From: a virus
IMG/VR virus record: IMGVR_UViG_3300025141_017118
Span: 1-64,000 of that record
Length of the DNA stretch: 64,000 nt
Strand: one strand, 5' to 3'
Under the pieces are notes generated by a model. The model saw only the letters and a program-made list of their open reading frames with translations, was not told the origin of the DNA and made no database searches. Position numbers and translations under genes: made by a program. Below are positions 27,501 through 35,577 of this stretch, piece after piece. Within the stretch, counting starts at the first letter, position 1. Every line of letters starts with the position of its first letter.

Positions 27501-28843
27501 AAAATAAAAGTAAGAACAAGGAAAAAAACCAGTAGTGTCAATGCTATCAAAAACATTCCAGCAGAAATCATGCGGGTATTCCCATAAGGTTCCCCGGGAT
27601 GATTTACCACACCATAACTGCGATCACTATCAACACGCTCTCGAAAATAAAAAATCCCCGGAAGTGCACGATTAACCGCAACCTGCATTTCGGTATCAGG
27701 AATTATTGTCTTTGCAGGAATCCCCAATAAGTTTGCAATGTATGCTGCATACAAGTCACCGACGCCTATTGTCCCTCGTCCCATCTGGATGTTTTGAGTT
27801 TCACCAAAGCCCCCGAATATTGGAAATGGATCAGCCAAGAATTTATCTATACTGGCATCATTAATGTCAAAGTTGTCCGGATCTAGTTGTCCGGTTGCAG
27901 AAACCATCAATTGAATGCCTATTGCCCTTAATTCGTCCCATTTAACTGTAACTGCATCAGGGCTATATCTCCCCAGCTCTGTCTGCTGGGAGAAGGGAGA
28001 GCCTCCTGTTGTTTCAACGGGTTCGCCTCCGACAAACTGAGTCTCGAATGAAGTGCCGGCTTTGTTGGCGTCAAGAACCATCGCTTCCTGGCCGCCGGCT
28101 AGCGTTGTTGTGGGTATCTTACTATGGATAAACGGAGAATCTCCACCTGGAGAAAACCTGTTATATTTTAGAATTGATGATATCTTTTGCTGCATATTCA
28201 AGGCAGCATTTAGGCCGGGGTCCTCTTCTCTCAATTTATTAAGCTTCGGGTTCTCCCATGGAGGTACAGAATTTGGGGAGGGCTTTCCCGCAGAACCATC
28301 GGTGCGTTGATCCGGGTTACGACCGGCAATGACGCTAGCTAATAACTGGTGAATAGTTGTAGGATCATCAAAGTCAATAATAGTGTCCTTTGAAATTGTG
28401 CCGTCTGGGCCTATGGCCTTTGTGGAACCGTGGCCACCAGCCGTACCATATGCACCCCACCAGTCGCTTGTGGATTTAAAAAACCGTTCTTTTGCCTGCT
28501 GAGGGCCTCCATAGTCCAACTCTTCATAGTCCGATATAACATCAGTGAATTGCTGGAAGGGTGGATCGGCAGAGCCCTCGGAGGGGCTGGATGACTCAAT
28601 AAATCCATCTTTTGTAATAAATGCATTACTCGAATTATCAAGCGTTGCCTTTAAAAATCCACGGAGGCTCTTCAGAACTTGTGGTTGTACGTCATCACCC
28701 TCCTGGTATCCAGTACCTTTATGGAGAGAGGAAGGGGGACTTGAGGGCTGGGGTGCAATCAGGGTACGCTTGACATCCTCCACGTAATCCGTTAGTAGTC
28801 CCTTATCATCCTTTTTTGCTTTGTCCCCACTATCATCTGACAT
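24581..28843 (-). CDS. Large baseplate / tail-tube-initiator-like protein with a transmembrane-like segment
   Basis: Tube-initiator-like FHAFLTSLNENFTPDW...GRVD..IYKKTGRTITLSF and GVITSLNLEY..WE..LP..CNVNIEF; hydrophobic stretch MFLIALTLLVFFLVLTFILGAIF. Confidence 0.55.
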   Translation of the reverse strand: MSDDSGDKAKKDDKGLLTDYVEDVKRTLIAPQPSSPPSSLHKGTGYQEGDDVQPQVLKSLRGFLKATLDNSSNAFITKDGFIESSSPSEGSADPPFQQFTDVISDYEELDYGGPQQAKERFFKSTSDWWGAYGTAGGHGSTKAIGPDGTISKDTIIDFDDPTTIHQLLASVIAGRNPDQRTDGSAGKPSPNSVPPWENPKLNKLREEDPGLNAALNMQQKISSILKYNRFSPGGDSPFIHSKIPTTTLAGGQEAMVLDANKAGTSFETQFVGGEPVETTGGSPFSQQTELGRYSPDAVTVKWDELRAIGIQLMVSATGQLDPDNFDINDASIDKFLADPFPIFGGFGETQNIQMGRGTIGVGDLYAAYIANLLGIPAKTIIPDTEMQVAVNRALPGIFYFRERVDSDRSYGVVNHPGEPYGNTRMISAGMFLIALTLLVFFLVLTFILGAIFSKILGASGQDTLARQPLGSSRRNTRSGDAAFALEYLGIPYTRNNIMSCISRGTALFFGIPPIEETWGWLGVPSADSVIPPTPPSFESVFSRIMNFLYGPGYYVTVMRRVAQDTEQITEHMKKMSNVSMTSSTVGGPTGASPFTSIIEFANLIHVFFDSTTIRWFMRTAQVGDIYLNAMTHWGPLRKNPALLPPQPKNRIMKARLGPGVKGGNQFLSSFAFGTSPSVKILPQSMIFGRARVSSRVNYQLVGEVPGWVWSMGTKLITPQGSNMISPLQIKETQDALDGEYMPFWFQDLRTNELLSFHAFLTSLNENFTPDWSQEEGMGRVDDVMIYKKTGRTITLSFMVAAMHDSHELGQMWAHLDRFIAMIYPQYTAGALYKTKAGAEFRVPFSQIMSAGPVVRMRLGNLFGSNYSKFAVARLFGSDDPAFGQTAMDARKKQLIREMELYLVMVREAYINWIQKRTSACDQLVNPWTDSDWDSEKQRKEQNGIEGDVTTEMIKSAPSRYELINLRAAEMPNQAGYKIDGGMDPYKSGFSLSYVWVIPRSQIKSDLVGTAPENPYPGDSRGDSYSWGTRIGAAPVLKLLTSIGKKQQEYEILSSQLFDLKHKIGDVAKMDENARKKNIKDTQAKLDKLNPPEWDFTIQKARAIAEVLNTNHRYQTSAAQQFDDQLAMEFSGLETAPWRTSIEWLANPENQVSNYKMLGKGWVVPNSLASGLQLLVDNVFIVNDPVQGDANQTQLWYQCELQRFELDSQNTTPAAELAAQRAGINKFNKEYNIFFAHMPGCVDISPMNWSQAVTLTTGPHPKKSVRNGQIDKLKKSQPKFKKLDDFEKDPNAANKLAANFFKSGYEGSGDDAKKSNPVVRSFETINRIGGGIGGLGGVITSLNLEYMDSNWETAPEYKLPMWCNVNIEFSVIHDISPGLDHAGAQRTFIHPGGPASYDYLGGDAKFANMASVDAKTAKTNP

Positions 28844-28844
28844 C

Positions 28845-29159
28845 TTATGGCTCCGTGGTATTCTTTACCGATTCAGCCGTGTATTTTTGAGGTCCGGCCT
28901 CAAAAGCTTGGCGAAGGTTTTTTAAAAAATTTGAATCTTTGGAAAGGCCATCCATTGAATTAACTATAGGTTCATATTGCTCCATAAGCGTTGACACAAA
29001 TTTCTCAGCACCCTCTAATGTCCCAGATGCATGCGTCATCGATAGTACCATATCAATCGCGCCGGCGCGCCGAGCCTTTATATAAAGGGGGCTGAGATCC
29101 TTAACATACTCAGGTTCATCTTTCTCAATGCTCTTATAATTTTCGTTATCTTTATCCAT
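28845..29159 (-). CDS. Hypothetical protein
   Basis: Likely start ATG 29159 (MDKDNENY); the longer track ORF overlaps the tape measure gene. Confidence 0.55.
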   Translation of the reverse strand: MDKDNENYKSIEKDEPEYVKDLSPLYIKARRAGAIDMVLSMTHASGTLEGAEKFVSTLMEQYEPIVNSMDGLSKDSNFLKNLRQAFEAGPQKYTAESVKNTTEP

Positions 29160-29205
29160 ATCCAAAAAAATCCTTAATAATATATACGTTATTATAATGT
29201 GTCGT

Positions 29206-32200
29206 TTAACTTCCCACAAGGACCAAGGGCTTGTAACCGACTGAGCCGTCCCCAAACTCCTTAAGTTTCGGATTTGCCTGGGTCGCTGCGACTCCACCCA
29301 TAAGATTCTTAATGACTCCCTTTCTATCCAGGTTAACGTTAACAACCACCTTGAGTGAATAGTCACCCCTCTGAATCTTTACACGCTTCGAGCCAATCGC
29401 AGCAGCGGCAGTAAAACGCCTCAGCTTCACATCTAACGCGATGTCCGTTGCCTTCTCCAAGCCCGAATCAATACCTGAAACTATCTTTACGACCTTCTCA
29501 ACTTGAGCTGCGACACTGGTCTCAGCAGTTTTAGAGATCAGGTAAAGCTTGGGTGCGAGCTTTTCCAGCTCTGCTGACACAGTCACGGTCTTTTTGCTGA
29601 GATATTTTATCATCTTTAGGACAGCCGGAAGATTCTTCTTAGCTTTCTTCAGGGTAGTCTTAGCATTGTTTATCATCTCTGCCTTTGAGACCTTGTCCCA
29701 GTCAACTGCCTTTGCTGCAGCCTTCTCCTTGGCTATCCTCTCAGTTTCGGAGATTTGCTTGAGAATTTTCTTACCCTCTTTCACCAGCTTTGTGCCTTCC
29801 ATCTTTGTTCTTGCGGCACCCTCTTTATCATATTTATCCTGGACCTTCTCAAGCTGCTTCAATGTCTCACCCTCCAGCTTTGTGACCTGACCTCTGAGTT
29901 TGCTGGCGTTCGCGCGAAGGACTGCTACACGATCGTGCGTTTGTTTGGTGACAGTGCCATTCATGAGCCTATGCTCTTTGTCCCTGAGGCTCTTAAGCTC
30001 CTTATACTTGCGGTCGAGCTTGGACTTCATAGCGTCTACTTCTTCCTTGTCCAGGTACTTCAACTTCAGGTTTTTTATCTTCACGGCTCTTTCAAAATTG
30101 CCGAACATTTCGAAGACTTTGTCGGTTCGAACACGTGCCTGGCGCTCAATGTTTTCCTGGGTTACCTTACCCGTGTGTAAAAAGTCAGCAGCCACGCCTG
30201 TCCGCACGGTATCACCCTGCTTTTGTATCAGCAACTTCTCTTTTTCGCCGAGCTCATCGTATCCTTTCTTGATATTTTGAGAGAGTTGGTGCATCCGACC
30301 CTTAAGGCACTTAAGCTGGGATTCTGCTAGCTCTTTTTGGGCGGCCGAGGCGCCGTCGGCCGTTGCTTTCTTGTGTGCTTCCGTCACCTTCGCTACGACG
30401 CTCTGGTATTCCTTAAGTGATCCCCCAATGTTTTTCTTTAGATTTTCTGCGGCTTTGATTGTTGCTTCGTCTCCAGAGCAAATTGCCTTTTGAATCAGTT
30501 CATTTGTTGTAATAACAGTGGCCTGGCCTTCTTCCACAATCTGGTGGGAGCTCTTTGCGATGGTGTTGAGATAGGATGTCCAAGCCTGGAGCCGCTTGTT
30601 CGACTCCTCAATCATTGTCTCCGTCGACTTACCAAACGTGTCGGTCAGAAGACCCTCTAGGCCATCGGAAAGCATACCCCCATATTTCTTTATGGTCTCC
30701 TTATCGACAAGGCCGAATGACAAACTAGATAGGATGGATGCACCAGCCTCCTGGAAGCCTGCCTCTGCTTTTGCGAACGCATTTCCCGGGGTATTAACGG
30801 CAGTTGAAATACCAGAGAATATTCCGCCCACAACTGCAGCACCAACGCCGAGAACACCGGCGCCCTTCATAAAGCTACCACCACCAACTTTCTTAACAAA
30901 TTTTCCGGCATTACCCATGAAGCCCTTTAGTGCGCTGCCAACCCGGCCCTTGGGCCGCCACCTGGCTAGCTTCGAAAACATGCCATCGGCCATTGAGTTT
31001 CCAATTGAGGCAAACTTGCTTATGCCTTTGCCTATCCAGCCCTTGATTCCTCCAGCTAGGCGCATAACCCAACCCTTTGTGGCTGGGCCGGCTGGATTGG
31101 CAGAACTAAAAAGCTTGCTTACAAGCCATGCGCCCGCTTTATTAAGAAGATATCCACCGGCAATATACCAGATCATCCCCTCAATTAATGCTTCCATCAA
31201 CTCTTCACCGAGCGCTTTTGCAAGGGGTTTACCGGTCTTCTCCCACCACTCCTTCATGGATTCGACAACACCACCGTCTTTATTCGCTGCGTCCCATAAG
31301 TTGTTCCAGGCTGCTTTCATCTCTACAAAAAGCTCATTGTCACCGCTGAACTTTCTCTTGAAATACTTAACAAGATTGTCCCATGCAGTTCCAACGGCAT
31401 CTATGAATTTATCACTCCAACTCTTCTTATACTCCGGTGTTCCGAATGCTGACTTATCAGGATCAATTGCACTGGCAATCTTATTCATTATGGATGTCGC
31501 ACCCATCATGAGCATATCAATGGCCCAGTCAAAAGCGCCACTGAATATTTTCCAGATTGCAGCCCCAAACTCAAAGGTACCCTCCTTGACCATCTTCCCG
31601 CCTTTGGAACCCATGTCGAACCATTCGGTGACCGCTTTCCAGAGATTCTTCATAAGATCACCTATGGCCTCTCGGCCGGTTTTGCCGGAGTTCTTGATGT
31701 CTTTGAAAAAAATCTCAAATATATCTCTGAACTTCTTGGTCAGTTTTTTGAAGTTCCCTGGCTTGAAGATCTCTGCCAGGCCACCGAAGAATTTCTTAAC
31801 GCCGGGGAACATTTTAACGAACATCTTGCCGACATCTTTTCCAAGTCGTGACGTCGCCCGAAGGGCTTTTCGGATGTTCCTTTTCATCGCAAGAAACTCT
31901 TTACTTCTTCGAATTCCTTTGCCGAATCCTTTAGTAAAGGCATCCCAGAAACCTTTCACCTGTCCGCCGCCACCCTTAAAGGTCTTCTTGATGTTCTTAG
32001 ACAACTCCTTAAGAATTTTGATCTGCTTCATTTGCACAGTCTCATTCTTCTTAGCGCTCTTATTTATCTGATCATAAGACATCCCCTGCTTCTCTGCTGA
32101 AAAGGCAGCCTCTAGACTTGCGCCTTGCAGGCCGGTGGTCTCTGACAATAATTTTCTTTCTGCGAGCGACATGCCATCAATAGACTTGCCGGCCCTGAAC

Positions 32201-33402
32201 ATGGCTTGGCGTAAGTGCTCAATTTGCTCAGCGGGATTTTGTGCCTGCATAAGTTTCATAGTATCGACGTTGGCACCAAATGCTTGCTGAAGCTTTGCAG
32301 CTGACTCAGCCGCATCTTCAAAGTCAAGGAACTTGTCGACAACACCAGCCAGCTGCTTGACCTCAACACCCAACTTACGAGAATATACAGCAATTGAAGC
32401 TAGCTCGGTCGTTCCCATGTGGCCAAAGTGTTCCATATCAGCGGCCATTTCACCCAGGTCTTTTCCGATAAGCTTGGATGAAATATTAAACTCTTGGCCA
32501 AGCAGGACGGCCTGCTTTCCTATCTCTGTCAATTTCTTGGTAAGGTCTTCACCTCGTGCGTCCGCCTGTGCTGCCAATGCACCAAATGCCTCATCTGAAA
32601 GGCCTAAACCCTTTCTTAATCGAATAAGTGCTTCAGCATTTTTTGCAAATTGATCTTTTAAGTTTGAAAATGCAGCACCAGCGGCCTGGGCCATCTTATT
32701 AAGCTCTTTTAGAGCCTCCGCCATACCACCTCGGCCAGGACCAAATATTCTAGCCATTGAGGTTCCCATCTTTGCACTGCTGTAGAACCCGCTTCGAATA
32801 TCCTTAAGGCCGGCCTTTAGCGCTGCGCCTTCATTAGATGCAAGGCTACCAAACTGCTCACGGATCTCTTCTAGAGCCAACTTAAGGGGACTCGGCCCAC
32901 CACCCCCCGATCCCCCGATCCACTCGACCAGGTTGCCGAACATCTGAAAAGGTAGTTTGAGTATCGCAAAGCCGAGCTTAAAAAAGCCGCCGATCAAGCT
33001 GCCAATCATGCTGACGGCACCACTTAAAATGCCACCTATCTTTTGAAAAAAGCTCATGGCACCGCCTAGGATACCCATTATACCACTTTTTGCAAAACCC
33101 CCTAGTTTGCTTAAGAACCCACCGGCGCCGGCGTTATTTGCGGCATCGGCGCCACGCTCCATCTCATCCGCAAGCTCTTCCGCGGAGTCAATCGATTCTT
33201 CAAGGTTCTCTTTAAGCTCTTCTGCAGCCCGGGCTGAGCCTTCGGCACCACCGCCACAACGGTCCATTAGCTTACACAACTTCTTCCACTGGCGTAAATT
33301 ACTAGTAAGCGCACTTTTCTGTGACTTAATAATCTTTTCGCGGTCAGCTAAAACCTGGTTGATTTGTTGCTGAAGTTGTAATTGTTGACTAAGGTCGGAC
33401 AT
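29206..33402 (-). CDS. Tape measure protein
   Basis: 1398 aa, helical, Ala/Lys/Gly-rich with hydrophobic Gly-rich segments; lies downstream of the tube and chaperone genes. Confidence 0.82.
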   Translation of the reverse strand: MSDLSQQLQLQQQINQVLADREKIIKSQKSALTSNLRQWKKLCKLMDRCGGGAEGSARAAEELKENLEESIDSAEELADEMERGADAANNAGAGGFLSKLGGFAKSGIMGILGGAMSFFQKIGGILSGAVSMIGSLIGGFFKLGFAILKLPFQMFGNLVEWIGGSGGGGPSPLKLALEEIREQFGSLASNEGAALKAGLKDIRSGFYSSAKMGTSMARIFGPGRGGMAEALKELNKMAQAAGAAFSNLKDQFAKNAEALIRLRKGLGLSDEAFGALAAQADARGEDLTKKLTEIGKQAVLLGQEFNISSKLIGKDLGEMAADMEHFGHMGTTELASIAVYSRKLGVEVKQLAGVVDKFLDFEDAAESAAKLQQAFGANVDTMKLMQAQNPAEQIEHLRQAMFRAGKSIDGMSLAERKLLSETTGLQGASLEAAFSAEKQGMSYDQINKSAKKNETVQMKQIKILKELSKNIKKTFKGGGGQVKGFWDAFTKGFGKGIRRSKEFLAMKRNIRKALRATSRLGKDVGKMFVKMFPGVKKFFGGLAEIFKPGNFKKLTKKFRDIFEIFFKDIKNSGKTGREAIGDLMKNLWKAVTEWFDMGSKGGKMVKEGTFEFGAAIWKIFSGAFDWAIDMLMMGATSIMNKIASAIDPDKSAFGTPEYKKSWSDKFIDAVGTAWDNLVKYFKRKFSGDNELFVEMKAAWNNLWDAANKDGGVVESMKEWWEKTGKPLAKALGEELMEALIEGMIWYIAGGYLLNKAGAWLVSKLFSSANPAGPATKGWVMRLAGGIKGWIGKGISKFASIGNSMADGMFSKLARWRPKGRVGSALKGFMGNAGKFVKKVGGGSFMKGAGVLGVGAAVVGGIFSGISTAVNTPGNAFAKAEAGFQEAGASILSSLSFGLVDKETIKKYGGMLSDGLEGLLTDTFGKSTETMIEESNKRLQAWTSYLNTIAKSSHQIVEEGQATVITTNELIQKAICSGDEATIKAAENLKKNIGGSLKEYQSVVAKVTEAHKKATADGASAAQKELAESQLKCLKGRMHQLSQNIKKGYDELGEKEKLLIQKQGDTVRTGVAADFLHTGKVTQENIERQARVRTDKVFEMFGNFERAVKIKNLKLKYLDKEEVDAMKSKLDRKYKELKSLRDKEHRLMNGTVTKQTHDRVAVLRANASKLRGQVTKLEGETLKQLEKVQDKYDKEGAARTKMEGTKLVKEGKKILKQISETERIAKEKAAAKAVDWDKVSKAEMINNAKTTLKKAKKNLPAVLKMIKYLSKKTVTVSAELEKLAPKLYLISKTAETSVAAQVEKVVKIVSGIDSGLEKATDIALDVKLRRFTAAAAIGSKRVKIQRGDYSLKVVVNVNLDRKGVIKNLMGGVAATQANPKLKEFGDGSVGYKPLVLVGS

Positions 33403-33426
33403 GTTGTGTACTCTCTGGGCCTATTA

Positions 33427-33434
33427 TTAAGTAT
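33427..33434 (-). promoter_or_regulatory. Candidate late promoter ATANTTAW (representative copy, upstream of tape measure)
   Basis: ATACTTAA; the motif recurs upstream of ~10 genes (see findings). Confidence 0.55.
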
Positions 33435-33454
33435 CTACCACCAGAGTTTTTGGG

Positions 33455-33709
33455 TTAAAATCGCCAAACTAGTCCTGTCACCTTTCGAAATACACGCGCT
33501 GCATTTCGTTTCTGGTTCAATTGTTCAATAATGCTAGGGAGAGATGTTTCATTATTAAGCATATCATATAGCTTTTTTGACTCTTTCACAACAGTGTTTA
33601 ATGCAGTCCCCTGGGGCGTGTCTTCACGAAATTGAACATTTCCAGGTTTGCCTAAAATTTTTAATGCTGCTTCTTTAAAGATTATTTTCTCTAATAAATG
33701 AGATGACAT
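33455..33709 (-). CDS. Hypothetical tail-region protein
   Basis: AGGAGG RBS; ATATTTAT motif upstream; 84 aa. Confidence 0.65.
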   Translation of the reverse strand: MSSHLLEKIIFKEAALKILGKPGNVQFREDTPQGTALNTVVKESKKLYDMLNNETSLPSIIEQLNQKRNAARVFRKVTGLVWRF

Positions 33710-33746
33710 TTATAAATCCCTCCTTGCACTAATAAATATAACGCTC

Positions 33747-34017
33747 CTACGTAAACCTTCGTAATCTTGCCGGTGGGTGTGTTCGGCTCATCCCTTGCAT
33801 GGCACGGGTCTCAGGATCATTATGTTGGGCCGCTCGGGTCTGGCTTACCTCAGCCTCTTGGGCAGACTTAAGTTCCTTATTGATTCTTTCTATGAACCAA
33901 AACCTTTGCCATAATGGTAAATGATATGCCTCAGAATATGTAAAGCCCATCCAATACATCAGTAAGAAAATTGGCTCTAAATAGACTTCTTTATCACTCG
34001 GTGTCAGGCCAAAAAAA
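33747..34017 (-). CDS. Tail assembly chaperone extension (GT-like), probably reached by frameshift from 33994..34845
   Basis: FFGLTPSDKEVYLEPIFLLMYWMGFTYSEAYHLPLWQRFWFIERI (Y.LP...R..F pattern of tail chaperone second ORFs); begins at the T7 run. Confidence 0.7.
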
Positions 34018-34845
34018 GCTTGCGCCCATAGGTAGGCGCACCTCCGATTCCTCACTACAGTGTGGGCATGACATCCAGGTTTTCATATCTATACCAGGCT
34101 CGTTCTTATCAACATATCGACGCAGGGCCAAAGAATCACCTGCAGGCATATGACGAATAAACTGGTTTATTTTATTCTTGTCGGAAATACCCCCGACTGA
34201 AAGGAGCTGATGCATTAGTCTTTGTGTTACAGAAGAGTCGGTTGTCGCACCTTGCTTTTTTCTTCTCTCTGCAATTGTGGACATTTCTTGCTCATCACGG
34301 CCAGTTAAAAACTTAAACCTCACCGTCTTTTTTGTAAGAGGTAATACATACTCAAAAACATTTGATCCCTCCGCAACCGGCTGAATGCCTAGCCTCTTAA
34401 TTGCAAGATCAGCTAATTGAAAATCTTGTTTTGATTTTTCATCGCATGCCGGGCATTCAACTTCGACTGAATATTCGGAACCATAGCCGGTCACACGAAT
34501 AGCAATCATTAATGCATTTCTATCACCGGATAATAGATCATCAGGATTAACAGATTTATCAACTATGCAGGAACGAATAAGCTCGCTTATCACAGTTCCT
34601 TTCTTAATCAACGCGCGTGAAGTTAGAATATCCTCCTCACGAGCGGTCATGGCCTTCACATCTACGAGCTCTTGGCCGTACAGGGGACTCTCGGCTACAT
34701 ATACAATTCCCATTGAAGGAAGTGGAACGGATTCAACAGGGATAGAAATACCAAAATCCTGTTCCATTACGTTTCTTGTGGGTATACCTTGCTGGCCCCC
34801 AGAAAAAACCTGGTTTCTATTTTCGCGTGTTTGCTCTTCAGACAT
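33994..34845 (-). CDS. Baseplate hub assembly / tail assembly chaperone (T4 gp26-like)
   Basis: VPLPS.G..Y, MTAREEDILT, GDRNALMIAIR.TGYG, CPAC and CPHC, ends FFWP; directly after the tail tube gene. Confidence 0.8.
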   Translation of the reverse strand: MSEEQTRENRNQVFSGGQQGIPTRNVMEQDFGISIPVESVPLPSMGIVYVAESPLYGQELVDVKAMTAREEDILTSRALIKKGTVISELIRSCIVDKSVNPDDLLSGDRNALMIAIRVTGYGSEYSVEVECPACDEKSKQDFQLADLAIKRLGIQPVAEGSNVFEYVLPLTKKTVRFKFLTGRDEQEMSTIAERRKKQGATTDSSVTQRLMHQLLSVGGISDKNKINQFIRHMPAGDSLALRRYVDKNEPGIDMKTWMSCPHCSEESEVRLPMGASFFWPDTE

Positions 34846-34933
34846 TTATTAGACTCCTCAACATTAAAGCTTGAACCATAAATAAATATCCGCTATTTAA
34901 ATTTTAAGTAAAATAAAAAAGGAAAGATGGCAT

Positions 34934-34959
34934 AAAAAAACCCCCTTAAGAAAGGGGGT
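34934..34959 (-). terminator. Rho-independent terminator after the tail tube gene
   Basis: ACCCCCTT-tctt-AAGGGGGT followed by a T-run. Confidence 0.85.
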
Positions 34960-34986
34960 CTAATTTTTAGATAGCCCTAAAGAATA

Positions 34987-35475
34987 TTAGTACTGTAGCA
35001 CACAGTTATCAAATCGTAGTGTCAAGGAAATTTCCATTGGATCCTCAGCACCATAATCTAGATCACCATAAGCAGCGCTTGTGATAAAGCATCCCTTCAT
35101 ATCCCAAAGTTCTATGACTGTACCCACCGGATCCAGCAACTTGATTTGACAATCTCTTTTGTAAAAATCAGCATAGCCTGCACGACCTGACACTGACTCA
35201 AAATGAGTTCGTACCCACTCCATCACCTGTTGGGCACCAGAAGGAGCAATGGCATCATGTAATGTAACTGTCATCGTCTCAAACTTTGTCTTACCAGCTA
35301 AATATCGAGTTGAGTTCAGGAATGAAACTTCCTGCTCAGTCGTGGTGAAAGTTGGGCGAGCGGCGGTCTTTATCAAAAATGAGTCAATTCCTTCTATCGC
35401 AAATATCCATCTAAACTTGCGCTTTGGCTCAAATTTATTAGGTAGCATATCTATAACTGATAATGTCTCTGCCAT
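34987..35475 (-). CDS. Tail tube protein (T4 gp19-like)
   Basis: FEPKRKFRW, YLAGK, V.EW, YKRD, W.MKGCF, LTLRFD. Confidence 0.9.
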   Translation of the reverse strand: MAETLSVIDMLPNKFEPKRKFRWIFAIEGIDSFLIKTAARPTFTTTEQEVSFLNSTRYLAGKTKFETMTVTLHDAIAPSGAQQVMEWVRTHFESVSGRAGYADFYKRDCQIKLLDPVGTVIELWDMKGCFITSAAYGDLDYGAEDPMEISLTLRFDNCVLQY

Positions 35476-35577
35476 TCTTTAATCTCCTAGAGTGTATCCT
35501 AAATTGTTTCCTTATTTAAATATGGCGCAAGAGATGAATTATCCCCAATTCGGCGCCACCTTTATATTAACTCTTCC

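Noticed and set aside
30596-32071. 491-aa plus-strand ORF
   Set aside because: Antisense shadow of the tape measure gene; Pro/Ser/Phe-rich with no recognisable motif or RBS.
33455-33709. MSSHLLEKIIFKE as another leader-tag copy
   Set aside because: Spacing fits the consensus poorly and the gene is in the tail module; could be chance.
34003-34018. Canonical -1 frameshift at C TTT TTT
   Set aside because: The -1 frame reads TTG GCC TGA and stops at once; only +1/-2 reaches the downstream ORF.
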